Assembly: GCA_017609465.1 (NCBI GenBank)
Contig: JAFCDX010000002.1
Coordinates: 11,881-75,880, forward strand
Direction: 5' to 3'
Source: Candidatus Woesearchaeota archaeon
GTDB taxonomy: Archaea; Nanobdellota; Nanobdellia; SCGC-AAA011-G17; JAFCDX01
DNA: 64,000 nucleotides
Part shown: one piece after another, positions 9,885 to 18,734 of the stretch
How positions within the stretch are numbered: the stretch's first letter is position 1
How the letters are laid out: each line of letters opens with the position of its first letter
Translations under genes and position numbers: made by a program
Notes under the pieces: generated by a model
What the model saw: only the letters and a program-made list of their open reading frames with translations
Databases searched by the model: none
What the model was told of the DNA's origin: nothing

Positions 9885-11266
9885 TTTCCTATCAAATATT
9901 TTTTAATCATCAAAAAAATCTCTTTTATTTGACTAAATGAAAGATTCTCCTTTGTAAATTTTATGAATACTTTTGGTCTGAAATAAAACTCTATTATTGC
10001 CCTTCTCTGAAGGTTTTTCAGCTTTTTTGCTGTAATTCCTTTCGGCAACACAGAAGTTTTTGAGTATTCACAATTGCTTAGGTTTATTTTATCCAATCTT
10101 CCTTCCTTTTTCAGATTTTCATAAATCTCAGAACCAACTAATGGTTGGAATAATGAGAAACTTGCCCTATCTAAAGGAAGTTCTTTTGCGAATTTTATTG
10201 TTTTTAAAACATCTTCTTTTGTTTCTGTAGGGTATCCTAATATGAAAAATCCCTGGGTTCTTATTCCTATTTTTTTTGCTAAATTAATGATTTCTCTTGC
10301 TTTATCCAAATCAAGGAATTTCTTCATGTCTTTTTGTATTTTTTCAGAACCTGATTCAATGCCTACGGCCATCGCATAACATCCTGATTGCTTCATCTTT
10401 TTAAGAAGCTCCTCATCAAGAGTTTCTATCCTTAAACCATTTGGACACCACCATTCAAGATTCATATTCTCTTCTATCAACATGTTGCAGAATTTTATTG
10501 CTCTGTCTCTTTTTACTGTGAAATTATCATCCCATATTTGGAATTCTTTTATATTATATTTGCTTTTAAGCCATTTTATCTCTTCCATTATATTTTCAGC
10601 GCTTCTGAATCTGAATTTTTTTCCTGAGAGTTTTCCAGCAGAGCAAAAGGTGCATTGAAAAGGGCAACCTCTTGAAGTAACTATTGGTGCAGAGGGGTGC
10701 TTTTTCATGAAATACATTTTTGGGTATTCATGAAATCTCATTAATTCATAATCTGGGTAAGGCAATTCATCCAGATCTTCCAAAAATTCTATTTCATTTA
10801 ATATTATTTCATCATCTTTTTTATATCCTAAATTTGGAACATCTTTAAAATTCTTTTCTCCTTTTAGTTCTTTTATTAACTTGTAAAAAGGCATCTCGGC
10901 CTCGCTTCTTATTATGAAATCGACATTATCATTTTTTAGTATATCTTCTGGTGCATTGGATGCATGAGGGCCACCAATTATGGTCATTATGTTTTTGTCA
11001 ACATCTTTTGCTATTTTTGAGCATTTCAATGCAGCATCAATTTCCATTGTAAATGCTGTAGTTCCCACAACATCTGGTTTTTCTTTTACGATATAATTCT
11101 TAAAATCATTGAAATTATATCCTTCTTTAAGACAATCCAATATCTTTACTTCAATGTCATCAAATTTCTTTTTTAAATATGATGCAACATATCCCAATCC
11201 AAGCGGGGGCAATACTACATGCATATTTGAAGGAACTTTTACTAGTAATATTTTCATTATTATCAA
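9881..11266 (-). CDS. Cobalamin-binding (class B) radical SAM enzyme, paralog 3
   Basis: KILLVKVPS..., IGGPHASN, SRGCPFQCTFCS. 4-nt overlaps with both neighbours. Confidence 0.85.
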   Translation of the reverse strand: MIIMKILLVKVPSNMHVVLPPLGLGYVASYLKKKFDDIEVKILDCLKEGYNFNDFKNYIVKEKPDVVGTTAFTMEIDAALKCSKIAKDVDKNIMTIIGGPHASNAPEDILKNDNVDFIIRSEAEMPFYKLIKELKGEKNFKDVPNLGYKKDDEIILNEIEFLEDLDELPYPDYELMRFHEYPKMYFMKKHPSAPIVTSRGCPFQCTFCSAGKLSGKKFRFRSAENIMEEIKWLKSKYNIKEFQIWDDNFTVKRDRAIKFCNMLIEENMNLEWWCPNGLRIETLDEELLKKMKQSGCYAMAVGIESGSEKIQKDMKKFLDLDKAREIINLAKKIGIRTQGFFILGYPTETKEDVLKTIKFAKELPLDRASFSLFQPLVGSEIYENLKKEGRLDKINLSNCEYSKTSVLPKGITAKKLKNLQRRAIIEFYFRPKVFIKFTKENLSFSQIKEIFLMIKKYLIGK

Positions 11267-12693
11267 TCAACTATTTTATAGTTTTCAAATTCTTTTGTTA
11301 TTTCACTCCAGTTTGTATCTTCATTTTCTATGTATCTTGCTGCTTTTATGCCCATGTCAATGCAGTGGTCCATATTATTATAATTGAATAATCCTTGTCT
11401 TCCATTAGTTATTAAATTTTTAATATTGCTTAGATATTCAAGAATAACATTTAAATTTTTTTTGAAATTCAAGTCATATACAGGATATGTTTTATCCATT
11501 TTTATTAAAAAATAACTTTCAACATCATTTCTTGTCAATATTCCTGTTTTTTCAAGATCTATTATTGCTTTTTCAAATAGTTCCTTGTCATCAAGATTCA
11601 TTAAATATCCGTCTTCTTCTGCGCTTATTTCCACAGTAAGAACCGTCTTGTCTCCCGGAACATTTTGAACACTAAATCCTTTTTGCTCAGAAATCCTATT
11701 AAAAATAATATCCTTTTCAGGAAAAAATATCCAATTATCCAGAAATAATCTTTTTTTATTGATAATAATATAAAGTAATATTAAAGATCTGTATTCCAGT
11801 TTTTTAGCTGCTTTTTTAACATCATTTGGAGCATTCATTAATTTTGGCAATTCATTAATAGGTATTGTGGATACAACAAAATCAGATTTTATTTTTTTCT
11901 CTTTACTTTTTTCTTTGTATCTTATTTCCTCTATGAAATTGTCCTTTACTTTTATGTTTTTTATATTTGAGTTTAAGTGAAGTTTTCCTTTATTTATCTC
12001 CGCTTCCTCCCACATTCTTTCAGCAAGGGTAGATATCCCGTATTTGGGGTAATAGAATACATCGGCACTTATTTCTGGATTTGATTTCTTAAATATCATG
12101 CTTTTTATTAGTGTTGAAAGATTTGGTATTGAAACACGAGTTTTTGCAAGTTCGTAAGAAAGTTTTTTTGGATCTCCCCATACTTTCTCTGCATAAGGTT
12201 CAAAAATTAATTTATACATCGCATGTCCAAATCTATTGGAGATATAATCTTCATATGTTTTTTCCTTCTTGTAGAAAATATTTCTTATCTTTCTGAACAT
12301 GAAAGACATTCCTATCTTGAATGTAAGTAAGGGATTTAGCTTTAATATCAATTCTATGAAAGAAACAGGATAATTGAAGAATTTTTTCTTAAGATATATT
12401 CTTGATCTTTTTGGAATTTCTAGAAGGTTGTCTTTTCCAACAAGCTCTTCTATCTCTTTTTGTATGTAAGGTATTTGAGTATATATCTTATGAGGCCCAT
12501 AATCAAGAGTGTATTCATCATGTTTAAAAGAACCTGATATTCCACCTAGATAATCATTCTTTTCTATAACTTCTACTTTATTGTTTTCAGATAATTTCCA
12601 TGCGCTACTTAATCCTGTAAGGCCAGCTCCAAGAATAGCTATTTTTCTCATAGAATTATCTAGAATATATTGTTTAAAAGTCTTTTTAATCAC
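11263..12693 (-). CDS. FAD/NAD(P)-dependent oxidoreductase (amine-oxidase / UDP-galactopyranose-mutase-like fold)
   Basis: Dinucleotide-binding KIAILGAGLTGLSSAW...VIEKNDYLGG...YGPHKIY at the N-terminus. Confidence 0.7.
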   Translation of the reverse strand: MIKKTFKQYILDNSMRKIAILGAGLTGLSSAWKLSENNKVEVIEKNDYLGGISGSFKHDEYTLDYGPHKIYTQIPYIQKEIEELVGKDNLLEIPKRSRIYLKKKFFNYPVSFIELILKLNPLLTFKIGMSFMFRKIRNIFYKKEKTYEDYISNRFGHAMYKLIFEPYAEKVWGDPKKLSYELAKTRVSIPNLSTLIKSMIFKKSNPEISADVFYYPKYGISTLAERMWEEAEINKGKLHLNSNIKNIKVKDNFIEEIRYKEKSKEKKIKSDFVVSTIPINELPKLMNAPNDVKKAAKKLEYRSLILLYIIINKKRLFLDNWIFFPEKDIIFNRISEQKGFSVQNVPGDKTVLTVEISAEEDGYLMNLDDKELFEKAIIDLEKTGILTRNDVESYFLIKMDKTYPVYDLNFKKNLNVILEYLSNIKNLITNGRQGLFNYNNMDHCIDMGIKAARYIENEDTNWSEITKEFENYKIVD

Positions 12694-12720
12694 AGAATAA
12701 TATATTTTTTAGGATATATT

Positions 12721-13614
12721 TTATTTCTTTTTTGCTATTACTAAAGTTTGACCCAACCAATAAGGTATTAGAAAATTATTAAGATGTAATGTATTTACAA
12801 TTTTATTCCCTAGCCTATACAGGAATTTATTGTATGCTTTCATCCTATACACAAGATACCATAGACTTAGAGACTGGAAATGTTTTTTCATCTTTATTAC
12901 TTCAAAACCTGTTTTTTCAAGCATTTTTCTTATTGTTTTTTTGTCAAAATAATACAGATGAACACTTAGCAAGAATATCCATCTTTTTCCCATTAATCTT
13001 GATACTAAACTTCCTATGTCTGGATAATTTACAACCAATAAACCCTCTTGTTTTAACAACTTATTTGATTCTTCAAGTGTTTTTTTTGGATCTGTCACAT
13101 GTTCAAGAACATCCCATAATGTTACAACATCAAAGCTTTCTTTTTTAAAATCATTATCAAAAATTGTGCCTTGTTTTATATTAATGCCATAATTCTTTTT
13201 TCCCCATTCACATAACCATTTATTTGGCTCAACACCATGAACTTCCCAGCCTTTGTCCTTTGCCACTTTTAAAAAAGACCCTCCTGCTGTTCCAATATCG
13301 AGTATATTTCCTTTACTAGAGTATTTTTCAATTTTTTTAAGTGCCTTGCTAAATGTTAATTCACGCCCTCTTACCTGTGACACAAATAATTCATCAGAAC
13401 CTTCTGAATAAGCATTGACTATTTCATCATCCATGAGTCTTGGATTTACATATTTTAATCCACAATTTTTGCATTGAACTATTTGGTCATTTCCTATTGT
13501 ATTGCTTGAAGAGGCATATCTCTTTTTCAAATCAGTCCCTTCCTCATCCTTAAGACCTTTATGAATTATTTTATATTCAGAACTTCCACACAAATTACAA
13601 TTCACATATTCCAT
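12721..13614 (-). CDS. Class I SAM methyltransferase with N-terminal zinc ribbon
   Basis: CNLCGS...CKNCG zinc ribbon, ILDIGTAGGSF motif I, DVVTLWDVLEHV. Confidence 0.8.
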   Translation of the reverse strand: MEYVNCNLCGSSEYKIIHKGLKDEEGTDLKKRYASSSNTIGNDQIVQCKNCGLKYVNPRLMDDEIVNAYSEGSDELFVSQVRGRELTFSKALKKIEKYSSKGNILDIGTAGGSFLKVAKDKGWEVHGVEPNKWLCEWGKKNYGINIKQGTIFDNDFKKESFDVVTLWDVLEHVTDPKKTLEESNKLLKQEGLLVVNYPDIGSLVSRLMGKRWIFLLSVHLYYFDKKTIRKMLEKTGFEVIKMKKHFQSLSLWYLVYRMKAYNKFLYRLGNKIVNTLHLNNFLIPYWLGQTLVIAKKK

Positions 13615-13615
13615 T

Positions 13616-14317
13616 TTAATCTTTAAATTTGTATTTTAACAATGTCCAAACAGCTTCAAAACCATCCCTGAATTTTATTTTTTTACCTTCCTTTAATGTT
13701 CTTGGATTGTATTTTATTGGGACTTCATAAATTTTATGTCCTTTTTTTCTGACTTTTGCTGTAACTTCAGGACAAAACTCAAATCTTTCACATTTTAAAT
13801 TTATGTTTTTTATAATATCTGTTTTAAAAACTTTATAGCAGGTTGGTTCGTCTGTTATTTTTGCGTTGTATAAGATATTTGCTAAAATAGTCAATATTTT
13901 TCCGCCGTAATAATATTCATAATAAGCTTTAGTATGCTTTGATTTCATGTTTTTTATGAGATTTCCTTTTATTCTTGAGCCATAAACTACATTTGCTTTT
14001 CCTTCTTCTATTGGTTTTACTAATTCATAATAATCATTTGGATCATATTCCAAATCAGCGTCTTGTACTATTACAATATCTCCTGTTGCATGTTCAATTC
14101 CAGACCTTATTGCTTTTCCTTTCCCATAATTCTTTTCGTGGTATACTTTTTTAACATCAGGGTGTTGTAAATCCTTCAGCCATTCTCTTGAACCATCCTT
14201 AGAACCATCATCAACAATTATTATTTCTTTTTCAAGATTAACTTTATCAACTCTATTGAATAATTCTTGAATATTGTTTATTTCATTATATAATGGGATT
14301 ATAACAGATATTTTCAT
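13616..14317 (-). CDS. GT2 polyprenyl-phosphate sugar synthase-like (DPM1/ArnC/GtrB-like)
   Basis: ISVIIPLYNE, IIVDDGSKDGS, VQDADLEYDP. Short soluble form, typical of dolichyl/undecaprenyl-phosphate glycosyltransferases. Confidence 0.8.
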   Translation of the reverse strand: MKISVIIPLYNEINNIQELFNRVDKVNLEKEIIIVDDGSKDGSREWLKDLQHPDVKKVYHEKNYGKGKAIRSGIEHATGDIVIVQDADLEYDPNDYYELVKPIEEGKANVVYGSRIKGNLIKNMKSKHTKAYYEYYYGGKILTILANILYNAKITDEPTCYKVFKTDIIKNINLKCERFEFCPEVTAKVRKKGHKIYEVPIKYNPRTLKEGKKIKFRDGFEAVWTLLKYKFKD

Positions 14318-14348
14318 TTTATTTCATTGTTTGATTATATTTATAAAA

Positions 14349-15752
14349 TTACCTAAACATGGTTATTATACCTGCTTTTACCATATTATATATGTTTTTT
14401 GGAGGCAATTTTCTCAATTTCCACACTCTTTTAGACATATATTTTGGTCTTAAATAGAATCTTCTGTATGCCTTTTTTACAGTATCTTTTATTTCTTCCA
14501 CAGATCTTCCTTCTGGAACATATACAATCTCGTCCCATGTTGTGAAATTATCCCAATCATCCTTTAATATTTTACCTTCTTTTTTGCATATTTTGTGCAA
14601 TTCTGTTCCTGGAAAGGGTGTACAGATTGGAAATTGCACATAATCTAAGTCAATATCTATTGCTTGTTGTATTGTTTTTTCAGAATCTTCCTTTGTTTCT
14701 GTTGGCAATGCAAGAATAAATGAACCCCAAGTTTCTATTCCCACTTTCTTGCATAAATCAACAGCCTTTTTCTGTTGCTCCAATGTAATGTCTTTTTTTA
14801 TTAAATTTAGCAATCTTTGTACTCCAGATTCTAATCCAAAAAATATCAAATAACATCCAGCATCTTTCATTTTTTTAAGAAGCTCTTCATCAACTAAATT
14901 AACTCTTGTAAAACAAGACCATTCAATATCAAATTTTTGATTAATCATTTCATCACATAATTCAATTATTCTTTTCTTATTTGCTGTAAATGTTTCATCA
15001 TAGAATTGTATACTATCTGCATTGTATTTTGTTATTAATTCTTTTATTTCTTTTATTATGTTTTCTGTACTATTATACCTGTGTGTCTTTCCAAAGGTTA
15101 AATGTCCTGAACAATATGCGCATCTAAAAGGACAACCTCTTGATGTTATTATGTTTAATGTTTTCTTTCCTCTTAGATTAGCAGAAGAATGATATTTTTC
15201 CATTGGAAATAAATGTCTTGCAGGTTTTGGGAGAATGCTAATATCTTTTATCAATTCTTGTGGCTTGTTTATTATAATCCCTTCATTATTTTTCCATGCT
15301 AAACCATCAACTTCTTTGAAGTCTTTATTTTTTTCAATTGCTCCAAGAAGATTGTTAAAAGTTATTTCTCCTTCACCATAAATAACATAGTCAATGTTCT
15401 CATTTTCAAGGCATTTTTTAGGTTCAAGAGTTGCATGCGCCCCTCCTAAAATAACCTTTATATTATTATCAAAATTTTTTGCTATTTCAGCTATTTTATA
15501 ACACCTATTCATATTTGTGCAAAAAGTCTGCATTCCAATAATCTCTGGATGAAATTCCTTTATTATTTTTTTAATATCATCAAAATTATAATTCATTGCC
15601 TCAGAATCCACAACTTTTACTTCATGGTCTTTTGACTCTGACATTGCAGCAACATAAGCAAGTCCCAATGAAGGGTGCAAAGTACCTATATCCTTTAATT
15701 TTCCATATCTCTCCTTCTGGCTTGTTGGTGGTTCTATAAATAAAACTTTCAT
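14349..15752 (-). CDS. Cobalamin-binding (class B) radical SAM enzyme, paralog 4
   Basis: KVLFIEPP..., LGGAHATL, SRGCPFRCAYCS. 4-nt overlap with the upstream GT-C gene. Confidence 0.85.
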   Translation of the reverse strand: MKVLFIEPPTSQKERYGKLKDIGTLHPSLGLAYVAAMSESKDHEVKVVDSEAMNYNFDDIKKIIKEFHPEIIGMQTFCTNMNRCYKIAEIAKNFDNNIKVILGGAHATLEPKKCLENENIDYVIYGEGEITFNNLLGAIEKNKDFKEVDGLAWKNNEGIIINKPQELIKDISILPKPARHLFPMEKYHSSANLRGKKTLNIITSRGCPFRCAYCSGHLTFGKTHRYNSTENIIKEIKELITKYNADSIQFYDETFTANKKRIIELCDEMINQKFDIEWSCFTRVNLVDEELLKKMKDAGCYLIFFGLESGVQRLLNLIKKDITLEQQKKAVDLCKKVGIETWGSFILALPTETKEDSEKTIQQAIDIDLDYVQFPICTPFPGTELHKICKKEGKILKDDWDNFTTWDEIVYVPEGRSVEEIKDTVKKAYRRFYLRPKYMSKRVWKLRKLPPKNIYNMVKAGIITMFR

Positions 15753-17530
15753 TTTTCTTTATATAATAAATATATTAGATAGAAAGGAGTCAAGATACTT
15801 ATAAGTATTGCGAACCAAAGAATTATATGACCTACAAAATCCAAAATATTGTCAAATATTCCTTTTGGGTCATAATCATCATAAGCTTCTCTTTGATATC
15901 TTAATGGATAATAGAACCAATCGTGAGTGCTTTGTATATATTCATATATTCCTTGTTTAACTACTGTTTGTGTCTTATATACTCTAAGATAGGGAACTCC
16001 TGTTATTTCATCATAACCTCCCCCACCCTTAAAGGTTTCAATTAATTGTGTATTTTGTTTAAATAAATTTGTTATCTGTTCTGAAGATTGGTTAAGAGGC
16101 CCTTGGGTTATTGTTCCCCAACCACAATCATCTCTAGCACATTCTATATAATAAAGATTGGTCGATAGGTCCATCCCCCCAAAATTATTTAAGACTTCAT
16201 TATATTGATTTAGGTAAGCGGATTCTAGATAATATTTATCATTAAATATCCATGCTATTCTTCCCCTATATAATCTTGAATCCACAATCACAACATCATT
16301 CTCTCCTATGTTATTAATTGCATACTCTCTCATCTTTATATTAGCGCTTGTAGAAGTAAGATGGCTTATTAAGGGGCTCCCAATTGGGATAAAAAAGATA
16401 TTTGCTATCAATATAATCCCCAAAATTATTGGCAATATATTTTTTTGCTTGTCCTTAAATTTCTTTTCTATTTTAATTATAGCACTTGATGCAAAAATGC
16501 TTAAGAATGGTATGAAGCTTACGTAATGTGTTTGCAGTAAAGCAGAACCTGTTAATAATAAGAATCCTACAATTATTGTTATCAATATTATTCTCTTATA
16601 AATATACTTTTTCTCTTTTAATGCCCATGTTATTCCCAATAAAGATAATAAAAATATTATTGGATCTAATGTTAAAAATCCTGTTTTTATCATTTCAAAT
16701 GCACCTAAAAATACATTCACAAAAGAAAAAGGTTCATCAAAACCAAGTTGTCCTGCATAAATTTCCCTATTTATATCAAAAAATTTAGCAAATATAACAT
16801 CAACAACTCCCTTGTATTTATACAATAAGAAATTGTAAATCAATAAAGGGGAATAAATCAAGAATATAATTGATGTAAATGTTATTCCCTCTTTCCAATC
16901 TTTTTTTGTTAATAACTCTTTTTTGTTTTCAATTTTTTTATATTTGTGATAGAAATAGGCTACTCCAAAACCAACTACAAAAAATAATGCTATCGATTTG
17001 ATTAATGTAGCAACACCTAAAAATATTGCAGCTTCATATGATAATTTATCTTTTTTTAGACCTTTAATGAAAAATAATGTTGCTAATAATACAAAAAATA
17101 CCATTGATAAATCCATTTCTATTAATGTGTATCTTATACTATATGCGGAGATTGTTACTAAAAATGCCGATATTATCCCTGTTTTTTTATTATACAATTC
17201 TTTTCCAAGCAAATATGTTGCTGGTATTATTAAAATTCCAAAAAAGAAACTTAAAAATCTTGCTGAAAATGCAGTTACTCCAAATATTTTATATGCAATG
17301 TCTGTAAGATAAAACCAAAGCACTGATTGTTGCATTATTCCTATTTTGTTCGTTCCAAGAAAATTTATTGCATGCGGTCCATGAACCATTTCATCTCCAA
17401 GAAAAGAAATATTATTTACTAGAAGATATCTTAAAATTCCCCCTAAAATTATTAATAAAATTAAATATTTTCTATAATCATTTGAAAATACAAAATCAAC
17501 TATTTTATCAGAAATTTTCTTATTTTCCAT
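15749..17530 (-). CDS. GT-C fold membrane glycosyltransferase (ArnT/PMT-like), second copy
   Basis: Multi-TM protein. First loop has FLGDEMVHGP (acidic DE motif). C-terminal extracytoplasmic domain plus a final TM helix. First gene of the minus-strand operon. Confidence 0.7.
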   Translation of the reverse strand: MENKKISDKIVDFVFSNDYRKYLILLIILGGILRYLLVNNISFLGDEMVHGPHAINFLGTNKIGIMQQSVLWFYLTDIAYKIFGVTAFSARFLSFFFGILIIPATYLLGKELYNKKTGIISAFLVTISAYSIRYTLIEMDLSMVFFVLLATLFFIKGLKKDKLSYEAAIFLGVATLIKSIALFFVVGFGVAYFYHKYKKIENKKELLTKKDWKEGITFTSIIFLIYSPLLIYNFLLYKYKGVVDVIFAKFFDINREIYAGQLGFDEPFSFVNVFLGAFEMIKTGFLTLDPIIFLLSLLGITWALKEKKYIYKRIILITIIVGFLLLTGSALLQTHYVSFIPFLSIFASSAIIKIEKKFKDKQKNILPIILGIILIANIFFIPIGSPLISHLTSTSANIKMREYAINNIGENDVVIVDSRLYRGRIAWIFNDKYYLESAYLNQYNEVLNNFGGMDLSTNLYYIECARDDCGWGTITQGPLNQSSEQITNLFKQNTQLIETFKGGGGYDEITGVPYLRVYKTQTVVKQGIYEYIQSTHDWFYYPLRYQREAYDDYDPKGIFDNILDFVGHIILWFAILISILTPFYLIYLLYKEK

Positions 17531-17551
17531 AAATATCTACTTTATTATTGT

Positions 17552-17559
17552 TTTATAAA
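17552..17559 (-). promoter_or_regulatory. Candidate TATA box for the 17530 minus-strand operon
   Basis: Palindromic TTTATAAA lies 22-29 nt upstream of the start at 17530. Consistent with a leaderless or short-leader archaeal promoter. Confidence 0.4.
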
Positions 17560-17597
17560 CCTTATTGAATTATGTTATAATATTTTATTTCGTAAGC

Positions 17598-17605
17598 TTT
17601 ATATA
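17598..17605 (+). promoter_or_regulatory. Candidate TATA box for gmd
   Basis: TTTATATA centred about 26 nt upstream of ATG 17627, with no Shine-Dalgarno in between. Suggests a leaderless transcript. Confidence 0.4.
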
Positions 17606-17626
17606 TTTTACTTATAAAATACACCT

Positions 17627-18733
17627 ATGACAGAGTCAAAAACAGCAATGATTACTGGTATTGGAGGGCAAGATGGTTCCTATTTAACTGAATTTTTATT
17701 AAAAAAGGGGTATAAAGTTAGAGGGATTATAAGGAGAGGGAGCTATCCGAATACTAAAAGAATAGACCATTTAATAGAAAAATATGAATCTTTTGATAAT
17801 AAGGGAGAACTTAGTATAACTTATTCTGATCTTACAGATGCAAGTAGCATAAGAAATGCAATTGAAATGTTTAAACCAGATGAAATTTATAATCTTGCAG
17901 CTCAAAGTCATGTTGGGATTAGCTTTACTAATGGAATTAGTACATTTGATATTAATGCAAGAGGAGTTTTTAGAATTTTAGATACAATAAGAAATAAAGG
18001 GATTAATTGTAAGTATTACCAGGCTTCTTCTAGTGAAATGTTTGGTATTTCTCCTCCACCTCAAAATGAGAGCACCCCTATGTTGCCTCAAAGTCCTTAT
18101 GGGATTGCAAAATTGGCAGGATATCATATAACTAAGATGCATAGAAATGCTTATGGGATGTTTGCATCAAACGGAATTTTATTTAATCACGAATCTCCAA
18201 GAAGAGGAGTAAATTTTGTTACAAGAAAAATAACAAGGATATTTACAGAGGTAATTTTAGGAAAAACAGATAGAATTGTTTTAGGAAATCTTGATGCAAA
18301 AAGAGATTGGGGTTTTTCTGGAGATTATGTTGAAGCTATGTGGAGAATATTACAACATAATGAACCTGATGATTTTGTTATTTCAACAGGAGAAACTTAT
18401 ACTATTAGGGATTTTCTGAAAGAAGTTTGTAGAAATGTAGATATAAATTTGGAATGGAAAGGTACGGGTGTTGATGAGATAGGATATGATACAAATACAG
18501 GAAAAACTTTGGTTTCTATAAATCCTTATTATTTCAGACCTGCAGAAGTTCCTGCATTATTAGGTGATTCTACCAAAGCAAGAGAAATTTTGAAATGGAA
18601 ACCAAAAGTAATGTTTAAGGATCTTGTAAATATGATGTTGAAACATGACTTAGAGGAGAGAGGTAATGAAATTAGAGGTAGACCTGTTTCCTTAGAGGAA
18701 GCAAAAGAATTAGCTAGTAAATTGAGGAATTAA
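17627..18733 (+). CDS. gmd: GDP-mannose 4,6-dehydratase
   Basis: MITGIGGQDGSYLTEFLLKKGYKV, SSSEMFG, YGIAKL (YxxxK), NHESPRRG. These are diagnostic Gmd blocks. Confidence 0.9.
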   Translation: MTESKTAMITGIGGQDGSYLTEFLLKKGYKVRGIIRRGSYPNTKRIDHLIEKYESFDNKGELSITYSDLTDASSIRNAIEMFKPDEIYNLAAQSHVGISFTNGISTFDINARGVFRILDTIRNKGINCKYYQASSSEMFGISPPPQNESTPMLPQSPYGIAKLAGYHITKMHRNAYGMFASNGILFNHESPRRGVNFVTRKITRIFTEVILGKTDRIVLGNLDAKRDWGFSGDYVEAMWRILQHNEPDDFVISTGETYTIRDFLKEVCRNVDINLEWKGTGVDEIGYDTNTGKTLVSINPYYFRPAEVPALLGDSTKAREILKWKPKVMFKDLVNMMLKHDLEERGNEIRGRPVSLEEAKELASKLRN

Positions 18734-18734
18734 A

